Of a stretch of 64,000 nucleotides of DNA, positions 12,976-23,651 are shown one piece after another. A program made the translations under genes and the position numbers. The stretch lies in the NCBI RefSeq assembly GCF_024521635.1, contig NW_026250404.1:62001-126000 (forward strand). Reading direction: 5' to 3'. The notes below the pieces were generated by a model. The model was not told the origin of the DNA and ran no database searches. It saw only the letters and a list, made by a program, of their open reading frames with translations. How positions within the stretch are numbered: the first letter of the stretch is position 1; each line of letters starts with the position of its first letter. The DNA is from Tricharina praecox. Its lineage: Eukaryota.

Positions 12976-13848
12976 CAGACCCCCCAACAGTTAGTCGGTT
13001 GAAATTGGAACACTGGTTTAAACAGTTCAGTTCTGGTTGGCTTTGTTCCCGGTTCAGTTGGGAACAGAGGCTGTCGGTTCCCAGTTGGTTAGGTAAGTCT
13101 GGCAGTTGTTCCCGGGAAAACTGGCAGAACTGTCAGTTCAGCGAATGAACTGACAGTTCAGCTAGGCCAGCCAACGTGGGCGGGATACGTTCCCGTGGTC
13201 CCCAAAAAAGCGATAGAAGATGGGTACAGTACTAGTTTTGAATGGTCACGGAAAGAGTGATGGAATATGTACAGTACTAGAATCGAATTACTACTCTGAT
13301 GTTACCTACCCATGGGAGCACAGCGATTGAACCTCTTGATACTCTTCGGGGCTTCAAAACTCTCGGTACCTAGGGAATGCCAATGATCAGTCAAAATCAT
13401 CTTGCACTCGGAGAACAGCCGTTCAACCTCAGCCGACATAGCTAGAATAGACAGAATGCCAATGACCATTCGGCTGATGTTAGGAAAACGACGCTGCTGC
13501 CGCGGTTCCAGCCACTATTCGATCGCGGCAGAACTGTTCCGAACATTGCTCACGACAGGCAATGAACAGTAGTCCTGGAGCTCGCCAACCGGCGGCGTCC
13601 TCCTGGGCGCTGGGTTGATAGTAGCGACTGGATGGTGGGTTGTAGGCGGTTGGCCGGTGGGTTTGTGGTGGCGACGGGTTTAGCCAAAACTTTTAAGCCT
13701 CACTGAACTGATGGGACAAGCAGTTTTCCCAGTTCAAACCCTGGCAGTTGGTTCAGTTTGCCAGTTGATTCAGTTCACTACCCCCCAACAGTTGGTTGGT
13801 TCGGGAACACCTCCGATTTGCTCCCAGTTCGAACTGTTGGAGGGTCTG
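12976..13848 (-). mobile_element. Non-autonomous (internally deleted) hAT DNA transposon, 873 bp
   Basis: 17-bp TIRs: CAGACCCCCCAACAGTT (12976-12992) and AACTGTTGGAGGGTCTG (13832-13848), one mismatch. Perfect 8-bp TSD GCTCGACC at 12968-12975 and 13849-13856. Many subterminal CAGTT/AACTG motifs and an internal hAT dimerization-domain remnant. Confidence 0.92.
13318..13583 (-). pseudogene. hAT transposase C-terminal dimerization domain remnant
   Basis: Minus-strand translation ELQDYCSLPVV...AIE*WLEPRQQRRFPNISRMVIGILSILAMSAEVERLFSECKMILTDHWHSLGTESFEA fits the hAT pattern WW...FPxLxxMAxDILSIPAxSAxxERxFS. It has an in-frame stop and no upstream catalytic region. Confidence 0.88.
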
Positions 13849-13867
13849 GCTCGACCCACCGCGGATT

Positions 13868-13972
13868 GATAGCTCCGCCATCACTTCCTCCTCTCGCCGA
13901 TAGCTCCTCTTCTCGTCGATAGCTCCTCCTCTTGCTGATAGCTCCTCCTCTCACAGGTAGTAGCTCCTCCAG
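13868..13972. repeat. Degenerate ~20-30 bp tandem repeat with core GATAGCTCC
   Basis: gatagctcc occurs 4 times, plus one tagctcc, immediately right of the hAT TSD. Confidence 0.75.
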
Positions 13973-15291
13973 TACTGTAGTCATATAGAATACCGAAATT
14001 GATTCTATGTCCATATCCATTAACCTCGCATAGCACGCAATATTGTCTTTTGACGAATCTAACATTCAGATGCAGATAGGAACACTGCTGCAGCGCTATT
14101 ATATTGGATGTAGTGCGCCTCTCGAAGAAAACAGCTTTCTGGTTATATTGATACTATCGCGAGAGGGCTTTCGTATGCGTGAGACGTTCATAACATGCCA
14201 TTTCGTTACTATATCGATCTAGTAAGGTTATGAGAGTTGAGCAAAGACGCATTCATTTGAATGCCGACTCGCTGCGGTAGTGTCACCAATATCAAATAAC
14301 GTGACGAATCACAAGATTACGCACCGAAATGTCATTGGGCATTGCTTTGAATATTCTACTCCTTTTCCTGCTGTAAAGATTTCGCCGTTGTTTGATTACC
14401 AGTATTTAATCCAATGCCCGTCTTGTACCGGTACTGCTACCATACGGGTAAACCCCCATCTTTTGCCACAGTATCAACTTCAAAATGCTGAACGACACAC
14501 AACGACTCATCAACTTCAGAAGTCCTTTCCCAGTCTTGGGTTCTACGCACCAGGACGATTCGGATCTGATAACTGTTGAAGACTGGGATTTTGAGATTTT
14601 GGTAGGCTGTCTGTCCGTCTTGAAGCGCTGGTGATGGTGGCATTGCCGCATCCCACAGTCGCACATGGTGACATGATGAATGATGAGATACGGCTCGACC
14701 GAGTGTCTAATGCGTAATGATGTATGTACATAGGGATCTGCTTGGATACATTCAGGCCAGACCTTGTTGTTTTCAGTATTGAGAGTGTTTGTCGAAGGGA
14801 AATGAACTTGTGTGCAGTGGGGAAACATATGATGTCACCCGTTGAAACATCTTTATAAACGATATGCAGCTGCCGACTGACGCTTCCAACAATTGACCAG
14901 CTCCTCATGTGATTTACTCCAGGCCGCGGAAATGTCGCTTGGTGATCTCCTTGGGAGTTCTGACCAACTCCCTGTATGGTAACTGTCTGCCACTGGTTCT
15001 TGGGTCTTCCGCAGGTTTTGTTATCAACATGGATCCAGTCGGTCTACAGCCGGATGCCTCTGTCGCTGCAGTTATCGAGCTCCAACGGACCAGTCGTTGA
15101 ACTCGAATCCTCGTATATATCTCCGCCAACCACAGGCGTCCATTCGACCGGCGATAGAAGCGGCAAGTGTGTAGAGTACTCTGCGCTTCACCTCATGTCG
15201 TACAGAGTCCGTCCACATCACATCCGCAACGTCACGTCCCCGCAGTCCCACAACCACCACCACCACAACCACCACAACCACCGCAACCACC

Positions 15292-17641
15292 ATGGAACAG
15301 GACCCGTACGAAGTTCTCAACCTTCCACCCAACGCAACAGCCGACCAGATCAATGAGCATTTCAGAGTAGCTGTGCTGGGCTGCCATTCCGATGAATTTA
15401 TCAGGATCCGTGCCGCGTATGCTCAGCTGATGGATGAGGAAAGGAGACGGGAGTGGGAGCGAGAGGGACTGATAGAGGAGGAGATACCGCGGAGAGAGAA
15501 CAGACTGCGGGAGGAGAGTAGGCTGTGGGAGGAGGAGCGAGCGCGGGAAGAGGAGAGACTTGCTGAACACAGGGCTGAGTGCGAACGGGAACGTATACGA
15601 CGAGAAAGGCGACGGAGGACTTCGGCGCCGCCTCCGTATGAGAGTTTTGGGTACGGTACTTGTAATACCGATCCTCCTCCGTACTCACTGCCGCCGGCAT
15701 CAATAGCACCACAGGACGAGGTCGAGACAGCACCACTATTCGCGCATCGATCGAAAGGGATCCTGCGGGGATTTAGACGCAGTTGCGGTCGTGCTGCCGC
15801 CGATTGCGGTTCCACGTTAATACTTGTAACCCAGGATGTCTTCGAATCTCTTGCCACTCTCGTTGTTTTCATTGCTCCATTCGTCATTCCCCTTGCCATC
15901 ATTATCAGCGGGCTCATGATGATTATATTGGCCGTCATGGGGATAGTCGACCTGCTAGGCAATATACATGTGCCAAGTGTCCACTGGCCCCAGCGCCCCC
16001 CACGGTATCAGCGGAACATCGCAATCATAGGCGCTGGCCCGGCTGGTGTGACGACCGCATACCAGCTCTTCCGGATGTGCTCACAGCAAGGCATTCCAGT
16101 GCACATCACGATATACGAGCAGTCCTCGCATATTGGTGGGAGGGCTGTCCACACTATCGGACTCTCCACAGGCGAAATCCTCGAGCTTGGTGTCAATACT
16201 TTTCCGAAGACTGCAAGGCTCTTGATCTCGGCGGCCAATAATCTGGGTTTGGAAACCCAACAGTTTTCCAACGGTGCCGTTGACCTCATCGGCCCCTCTG
16301 GAACTGGCTCATTCGGCGTGTTTGTCTCCTTGAATCCATGACCTCATAGAACAGTTAACCGACACCTCCCAGCTATGACGGCCGCTCATGGGCTCTCACC
16401 GAGCAAAAGCCCCATAACTTCTTCGATGATTACAACTGGTGGCCTTGCGGACGCTGGGGCTCATCCCCCAGACTAGTCAGCCGCCTCGTCAAGGACGTCC
16501 GTAATCTTCTTCCCTACCTGCACAACCCTTTCACCACTCTCGAGACTCTCGTTGCGTCCGCCGGCCTGCAGCAGCTCACGCAAAGAAGCGCAGAAGAAAT
16601 CCTCAAGCGTGCCGGGGTCTCCACCGGTTTCCAGAGAGAACAGCTCAATCCTTGGGTCCGCGGAAGGTACGCGCAGAACCTCGGCACAATCAGCGCTCTG
16701 GCGGCATTCATAGCCGCCGATAACATCGCACCCCTCATGACCATCCACGAGGATGGGGACGGAAGGGTGTCCGCACTCTGGGAACAAATGGTCAGCTACA
16801 CTGGCGCCACATTGAACCTCCTCACTCGGGTGGAGCATCTTACCAAAGCCTCATGGGGCGGCTGGGAGCTCACCGCCACTGCGTCGTTCAACACCACCAC
16901 TGCGCCGTTCAACACCACCACCATCCCCTACGACGCCGTAGTATTGGCCACTCCCTGGGCCTTAACCCAGTCTCACCTCTCCACCACCCCGCCGCTCTCC
17001 ACAGCCCCAATTTCAGTCGCCTACACGCCCCTACACATCACAATCTTCACCTCCCCCTTCCGCCTCTCCCCACACCCTTTCCACGGCAACAAACACATTC
17101 CGGACCTAATCCTAACCACGCCGTGTTCATGGGAGTACACGTCCATCTCCGGCCGCAGCGGTGCCCACGGGCTAGGCCAGGCGCCGTTCTGGAGTCTGGC
17201 GGTATTGAAGCCCCTCGTGGAGGAAGGAGAGAAGAGGTGGTTGTACAAGCTCGTCTCTGCGCGGGAAACGACTGATGCGGATATCCAGCGCTTGGTTGGC
17301 GTAGGCCATCGTTTCTATATTATTCATCGTCATCATGTATGTTCCCCCACCTCCCCTTCCCTCTTGCTATTCCCCGATTAACATGAAAGGCTCCCGCGGC
17401 ATACCCCCTCTTACCGCCTCGATCGCAGTTCAGTAAGATCCGCCTCGAGGAAAACCTTTGGTACACCGGAGCGATGGATGAACTCGCCACGGGTGTCGAG
17501 TGGGCGAGTATTAGTGGCGCGAATGTTGCCACGTTGGTTGCGGGACAGTGGAGGAGGGAGGGGGTCAGGCTGGGTGTGGGGCGCAGGATTCCGGTCCCGC
17601 CTGTCGAGAATGGGACTGAGGAGGTAATCGAAGGGAGGTAG
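15292..17641 (+). CDS. Membrane-anchored prenylcysteine oxidase/lyase-like flavoprotein with an N-terminal degenerate J domain, E/R-rich helix and PPxY motifs
   Basis: Exons 15292-16319, 16373-17336 and 17390-17641 (introns 16320-16372, 17337-17389) join in frame. J-like: DPYEVLNL..AT..QI...F....CHSDEF.RIRAAYAQL. TM: LATLVVFIAPFVIPLAIIISGLMMIILAVMGIV. FAD Rossmann: NIAIIGAGPAG...TIYEQSSHIGGR. PCYOX-like motifs: ELG, GVYDG, RGRYAQNL, YDAVVLATPW, YTPLHITIFTS, AYPLLPPR, LWYTG, SGANVATLV. Confidence 0.78.
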
Positions 17642-17725
17642 AGAACTGATGGTGACTTTGTGTTGAAGGTTATTTAGTTGCATTTTCTTTGGTTGTATTT
17701 GCTTTGGTTGCATTTGCGTTGGTTG

Positions 17726-17783
17726 CAGTTACACTTTTGTTTACAGTTACACTTTTGTTTACAGTTACACTTTTGTTTACAGT
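17726..17783. repeat. 18-bp tandem repeat x3
   Basis: (CAGTTACACTTTTGTTTA)3 in the spacer between two convergent 3' ends. Confidence 0.95.
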
Positions 17784-18245
17784 CATGGATCATCACACGC
17801 TCCGTCGAAATAAATTGATGTTCTCTCTTTCTGTCACAATTGGAAAACATTTGTACGTCCATAGTGACTATGGATACGGGCCTTACATACATCACCCGAA
17901 GGTACGTACTTTGTAGCTACCAGTATATACAGACATGCAGAACCAACAAGCCCATGTGAACAAACAGTACACCTCGATTGTTGAACGGTTGCTATGACGC
18001 CGAAAAGACAATGCGTGCTTCCTATGACGGCTATAGCCCTCAACATCTCGAGCCCAACCGAAACCGGTCCCTCTGGAACCAACTCAATTAACTAAAACAA
18101 ACCCGCCGACATCACTTGTAGTGTTCAGGGAAGCCAGTCGGGTATATCGGGAAACTAAAATCATAAACACAAGCCATGCGTGCCGTACATATCTCGATCG
18201 TCATTGCGCACTTCCTTCATCCTTCCCTTCCGAATCACGGCATTT

Positions 18246-19359
18246 CTAATGGCCGTTCTCGCCGTTCCATCTCGCTCCCTGAGCCGAAGCCCCCGATTCC
18301 TTCTCGAGCTTTTCGAAATGCCTCCTCGCAACCGCGATATTCCCGAGCGTCGTAGCGCTCTCTGCGGCATTGGCGGGCATGACGACCAGAATGTAAGTGT
18401 TCGGCGTGAGCACGTCGATGAACGCCGAGAACGTATGGGCGCGCAGCTCGAACGCGATAAAGTTGCTCGCCATCTTCGTGCACGACTGCTTGAACTGCTT
18501 TACGATATTCGAGATCTTCTCGAAGCGATCTGGGTAGGGATTCGGTTCCTGGGCGCGCGTGACGTGCGAGATGACCAGGAACGTGGTGCGCTCGAACAGA
18601 ATCACTTCCTCGGCTTCCGCGAGCTCGGCGAACCGCGTCAGGTGGTGCTCCAGTTGCGGGAGGTTCGGGATCAAAGTGTACACGATCTTGGCCCACGCTT
18701 TGTACAGCGTCTCGTCCCAGATGCTGGTCGCAAACGTCGTAATGTCCATGCCCAGAGATTTGTCGCGCAGTACGGCGGACCGCTCTTGGTATAATCGCTC
18801 GCGCAGCTCCGCCTGCACTAGGTCCATCTTGTGGATCAGACAGAAGACGGAGGCATCCGGGGAGTTCTGGGAGAGCGCTTCGATTATCGAACAGTACGTT
18901 ATCAGATCGCGGTTGAACTCGCGCGACTCCACGTCGAATACGTAGATCAGGACCTCGACATTCTTAAATATGTGGTCGCGCTGCGTGGCAAGGTAGTTTT
19001 CCATGAATGCATCTTGTCTGGTTACGTCAGTCGTCAGTCGTGCGCAGTGTGTTGGAGGTAGAAGGTAAAAGCAACCGTACCCTCCACAATCCCACAGGTT
19101 CAGCGTCAGGTTCCCCAGGAATCGAACGTGCGAGTGCTCCACGTCAATTGTCGCGCCTAATCGTCGAGTGTCTTTTGCCACATAGTTGCTAAATACGATG
19201 GATCGCATCGACGATTTGCCACTGCCTGATTTTCCCTGCCGTCGCCGCTTAATCGTTGGCCTCTCCCTCGCTCTCAATCAAGCTCCGAGCCCCACACCGA
19301 CGTACCATCAGCAACACTTTCTTCTTGTTGCGATTTCCTTTCCGCTCCTCGAGACTCAT
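18246..19359 (-). CDS. gtr1: Rag GTPase Gtr1/RagA (TORC1 amino-acid signalling)
   Basis: Exons 19359-19306 ([18 protein letters not shown]), 19235-19081 and 19017-18246. Motifs [66 protein letters not shown]. Confidence 0.96.
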
Positions 19360-19619
19360 GATGGGCTAGAAGTAGTGGCGGGGGTAGTTGCGGTGATGTG
19401 GAGGGAGTTCGTTATGGTGACGAGGGCTGGTGGGAAGAGTCGTTCGTGGAGTGCTGGGGGAGGTGTAGTGATGTGAAGGTCGGATGCTCGTAGCCATTCG
19501 CAGGTGGGTAGTTAGGGTGCATGGGGTCGCTTGAGCTAACCTGCAACTCCGCTGCGTCGGGTCCGGAGCCGCAGAACGCGCAGTGTCCGTGTTCAGCTAG
19601 TCATTGTGAGTACACATGG

Positions 19620-19692
19620 CAGTCCAAGCTGAAGAAACACAATCCATACTCACAGTCCAAGCTGAAGAAACACAATCCATACTCACAGCCAA
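19620..19692. repeat. 33-bp tandem duplication in the gtr1 / sororin-like divergent promoter
   Basis: CAGTCCAAGCTGAAGAAACACAATCCATACTCA twice, plus a partial third copy. Confidence 0.9.
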
Positions 19693-19985
19693 AGCTCCAT
19701 TATAGCCAGCGTGTAAGCCTGGCAAATACATACTCCAAATCGATTCTTTTCCGACGTTTAAACACAGGATATCACTCCCACCAGTGTCTGCCAAGCCTTC
19801 CTCGCTTGCTGTCGCGTCCGTCATCGCCAAATAGTCGAAACTCGATTTCGCCCCTCGACCCAGACCAGCCGACACACCATACATCACACTCACTCAACAC
19901 CCCTCGCCATTCGTTTCGCAACATAGAAAGAAAGAACTCGACCGAACCAGACCCCACACCAGGCACTTCCTCGACAAAAGCCGTA

Positions 19986-21743
19986 ATGCCTCGCCCTTTG
20001 CGTACCAGAAAGCAGGCACCGGCCGCGGTTGCAAGTGCGGAGCTGGTAGACGCCGACACGTCCACAACGGTCAAGGTTACAAAGAAAAACAAACCCGCTG
20101 CAGCTGCGCCAGCTAGAGCGAACTCCGATACCGAGTACGACGACAGCACCCTCTCCACACCAAAGGCCAAGAAGCCCACCCGGACTCGTGCCGCGGTCCC
20201 GGCCTCATCTGATACATCAGCAGTAGTTGAGAGCAGATCCCGGACGCGGTCGACAAAGGCCTCCTCCTCCACCGTAGCCCCACCCGTAAAGAAAGCGCCC
20301 TCCGCAAGAACGCGTTCGTCGGCCGCGCCCAGCAGCCAAACCACCCGCGCAACGCGTCGCACAATCCAAGTTCCGGCGACACAATCTTCGATCCTCGAGG
20401 TCGACGAACAGGATATTCGCGACCAAACCCCTTCGACCATCATCCCGTCGACCCCTGCGCGACGCTTCGCCCATGGACTCGAACAGGACGAACCCGAACA
20501 ATCGCCCTCGCAATCGTCAAACGCGGAGAATCGTTCGCCCCGGACTCTCCTGGCCCTAACTTCCTCTCCTCCGATCGCACAGTCCACGCCGAAGGGGAAT
20601 GGGCGCGCGCTACTGCTGGACTTTTCGTCGGACGCGGGATATACCCCACCACCTCCGTCCACAAAGCAGCGGCCAGTGGGGTCGGTAGAGAGGCCTCGGT
20701 TGCGCGACCTCGATGCAAAGACTCTCGAGCCTGTTGGAATCCTGGATGGCTGGGACGACAACGACGAGGAGGATGACGACGACACCCTGCGACTTCCCCC
20801 ACCGTCGCAAAGCAAGCACGCAGGACGACCCTCGGATTTCCTCATCGCCGAAGAGGAAGATGAAAACGACGACATCATCGGCGTGTCACCGCGGGCGGAG
20901 CTGCAGCGGCCAGAAGGCGGCATAGGATTCTTTGTGGACGATGACTCGCAGGAATTCATGATCTATTCGGACCCAAAGTCGAAATCGGCAACTCCATTAG
21001 TGGAGCCCGCGAAGAACGGAGCCGCCTTTGATGACGACGACATCATGCGGCCCCCTGAGTCCACGGATTCTTCCTCGCCTGCGAGGAAGCGCCGTAGTTC
21101 GGAAGCAGGAATTGATGACGGAGGGGAGGCCACCGAGGTCGAGCTCACACCGCGAGGCAAGCGTCCGCGCGCCACTGCCCCCGGCGCAAAGAAACCCAAT
21201 TCAAAAGCGAACACCCAGAAGGAAAAGGAGCAAGTAAAAACCAACGACCTGCGCAGCCTGCTTCCTCGACGAAAGCGGACGACCAAGACCAAGACCAAGA
21301 CCAAGAAGGGAAAGCAAGACGTATACGACGAGCTCACCTCCGAAGACGATGGAGCGGACGACAACGTCGAGGTGGACATTCTCACGCGACGGTCAGGCCG
21401 CACCCGCAAGGCAGCAGCAGCCACAGCCAAGAAAACCACTCCCAAGAAGTCCGCCGCAAAGGTTACAAAACCCACCGCGCCCCTCACCGCCTCCAAGAAG
21501 CCGTCGAGAACGTATGCACGAAAGTCGCTCGACAACAGCGCCAACGACCCGATCAGCGACCCGGCCACCAACGAAGACGACGAAGAGCCGAGTACTGACT
21601 CGACCGAGTCCGGCGACGGAATCATCAAGGGCGAGGTCAAGAAACAGCTCAACGAGATCAAGAAGAAGTTTGAGGAGGTGGATAAGTGGAATCTGGAGTT
21701 TGAGGAGGTCAGCGTTAAGAGTAGTGATAGTGGGAAGCGTTGA
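19986..21743 (+). CDS. Disordered Lys/Ser/Thr-rich protein with a C-terminal sororin-like motif
   Basis: Single-exon ORF, most likely starting at ATG 19986 (MPRPLRTRKQ). Many S/TP sites and basic clusters. Ends LNEIKKKFEEVDKWNLEFEEV. The ORF is also open upstream to ATG 19521. Confidence 0.7.
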   Translation: MPRPLRTRKQAPAAVASAELVDADTSTTVKVTKKNKPAAAAPARANSDTEYDDSTLSTPKAKKPTRTRAAVPASSDTSAVVESRSRTRSTKASSSTVAPPVKKAPSARTRSSAAPSSQTTRATRRTIQVPATQSSILEVDEQDIRDQTPSTIIPSTPARRFAHGLEQDEPEQSPSQSSNAENRSPRTLLALTSSPPIAQSTPKGNGRALLLDFSSDAGYTPPPPSTKQRPVGSVERPRLRDLDAKTLEPVGILDGWDDNDEEDDDDTLRLPPPSQSKHAGRPSDFLIAEEEDENDDIIGVSPRAELQRPEGGIGFFVDDDSQEFMIYSDPKSKSATPLVEPAKNGAAFDDDDIMRPPESTDSSSPARKRRSSEAGIDDGGEATEVELTPRGKRPRATAPGAKKPNSKANTQKEKEQVKTNDLRSLLPRRKRTTKTKTKTKKGKQDVYDELTSEDDGADDNVEVDILTRRSGRTRKAAAATAKKTTPKKSAAKVTKPTAPLTASKKPSRTYARKSLDNSANDPISDPATNEDDEEPSTDSTESGDGIIKGEVKKQLNEIKKKFEEVDKWNLEFEEVSVKSSDSGKR

Positions 21744-23651
21744 TGCCCTGGCCTGACTCGACTCCGCTTTTCTATTTGGGCTGGGCTGGGGTTTTTTGTT
21801 GCCTTCTTGGGGAAACGAATTGGGTGGTTGGTTGGTTCCTTGGATGGAGTTTGTTGACTGGGGGGTATTTTTTCTGTTGCTGTTGCTGTTCTCCTCTCTG
21901 TTTCCTTTACTTTACTTTACGCGGACACGCTTTTTATTCGGGGGTGAATTGGATTCTTTTGCGGATTGGATTGGATTGGATGCGCTTTCTCCTGTCGTTG
22001 CTTTTGGTTTTTGTCTGTACCTGTCGTACTACTTTTTTTCCGTTTTTGAATGCTGGCCTAGGTTTGGTTTGGTCTGGTCTGGTCGAAGAAAAGCTCAGAG
22101 AAGTATAGCACTTACGGTTGAATTAGAAAGATCAGAAGTGAAGTCGAGGACATACGTGTGGTCGGTGTGATGTGATGTGATATTGGAAACGTCATGTAAA
22201 AGTGTGGAGTGGAGTGATCATAAACTATCACTTACCCGAGTACAGACGGATCATGGGTTGTCACGCAGGCTGGGTTCTTCGGAGCTGGCGATATGCGTGC
22301 GAACTGGCTGCGCAGACGACGTTTTACGGCGGCAAAAGTGAAGTCCATCCCCACCGTCTCGAATCCGAATCATGAGGCTGTATTCTGCCTACACCAGCCG
22401 ACACGAAAAAAATGGGTTATGGCACCATCACTATCAAGCCATTTCCCTTTCTCATCCAATCATCTCACGGTCCGGTGATCACCCCGAGGCCCGAGAATGC
22501 GTTTTGATTGATGCCGGGTAATGATCCTAAATGGCAGCATGCTTGGTGTTTGGCCTTGAGTAGGTTTCTGACCGAGGCTCTTCGGTCGTAGACAGTTGTG
22601 ATCGAGTACCTAAAGGCCTTGGATTGGAATTTGCGGTCGACGGAGAGAAGTCACGAGCTTGCAGCCGCGTACAAGGCCTCTGTGATGGCACATGAGGCGA
22701 ATCTCGATGTCAACCCGACACCTCGCACGTCCACGCTTATGTAGCGGTGCCACGGCCCACATCTACACCTCGCACCGGCAACTCCCAGCACCACCCTTCA
22801 CTTTCGAGTCAAGCTTTCTTTCGCGTTAGCAAAGATCGCGCACCACGACGACGGCCGGCGGGAAATGATCTATCCGATGCGGGAATTCGAAGCTAGCGAG
22901 TAACCCCTCACCCATGATCCCCCCGCACATGTCGGTACCGGGTTTCTGGGGGGGAGGTGTTCTGGAAGTCCTTGGGGAAGTTCTCCTTTGTAGGCTTCGT
23001 TGGTTTGGGGGGAACGGGGGGGAGGGGGGAGTGGGTTGTTGGGTCTGGATGCAGGCAGAGCTGGCCCGCTGGCTGCTGGGTGCTGGCTCGCTCGCTGGCC
23101 TAGATAGTGCCAATAAAGTGGAGAAATCCGAGTGTCACAAAGAAGTATGCGAGCTCGATTCGATGGTGGATACATGTCAGAGGACCACGAGAGATCCGTC
23201 GAGATAGTCTGACCCGGATCTGTGCTCGCTCGTCTAGCGAAGATAACAATTCCTATTTTCGAGCCGATCGCCCCGAGCCTCCTCCCCGCTGCCGTCGTGT
23301 CTGTGTCTGTTGTCGGCCCAAGCCACTTTTTCGGAGCCATTGCGAACTGCGCGTGTTGAATCAACATCCTCCCCAGTGCCCCGTCGTGCTGGCTGGCCTG
23401 TATCCAATCCTCACTGCTGGCCTGCTGGTATCATAGTAACTCCCTTCCTCCTCCCCCCCTCCCAGCAACCCAAACGACCCCCATCAACCCACCCTCCACC
23501 CACCCCCCCACCACCTTCCTCCGCCGCCTCCCAAAAGTCTCCACACTCTCCTGCGTCATCTGTGCCCGTTCCGAAACTGTCTTTCCTCGCGCGCGCGCGC
23601 CCCACAGCAATCATAAAGACGCAGGCACACACACACGCTCCCACACACACG

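Noticed and set aside
14000..15130. Cluster of short overlapping ORFs
   Set aside because: No recognisable protein motif or consistent splice structure.
19772..21661. Antisense ORFs of 395 and 232 aa
   Set aside because: Low-complexity mirrors of the + strand gene.
23310..23651. In-frame upstream extension of Snf5 from a TTG
   Set aside because: C-rich low-complexity 5' UTR that lacks stops by composition; no targeting-like features.
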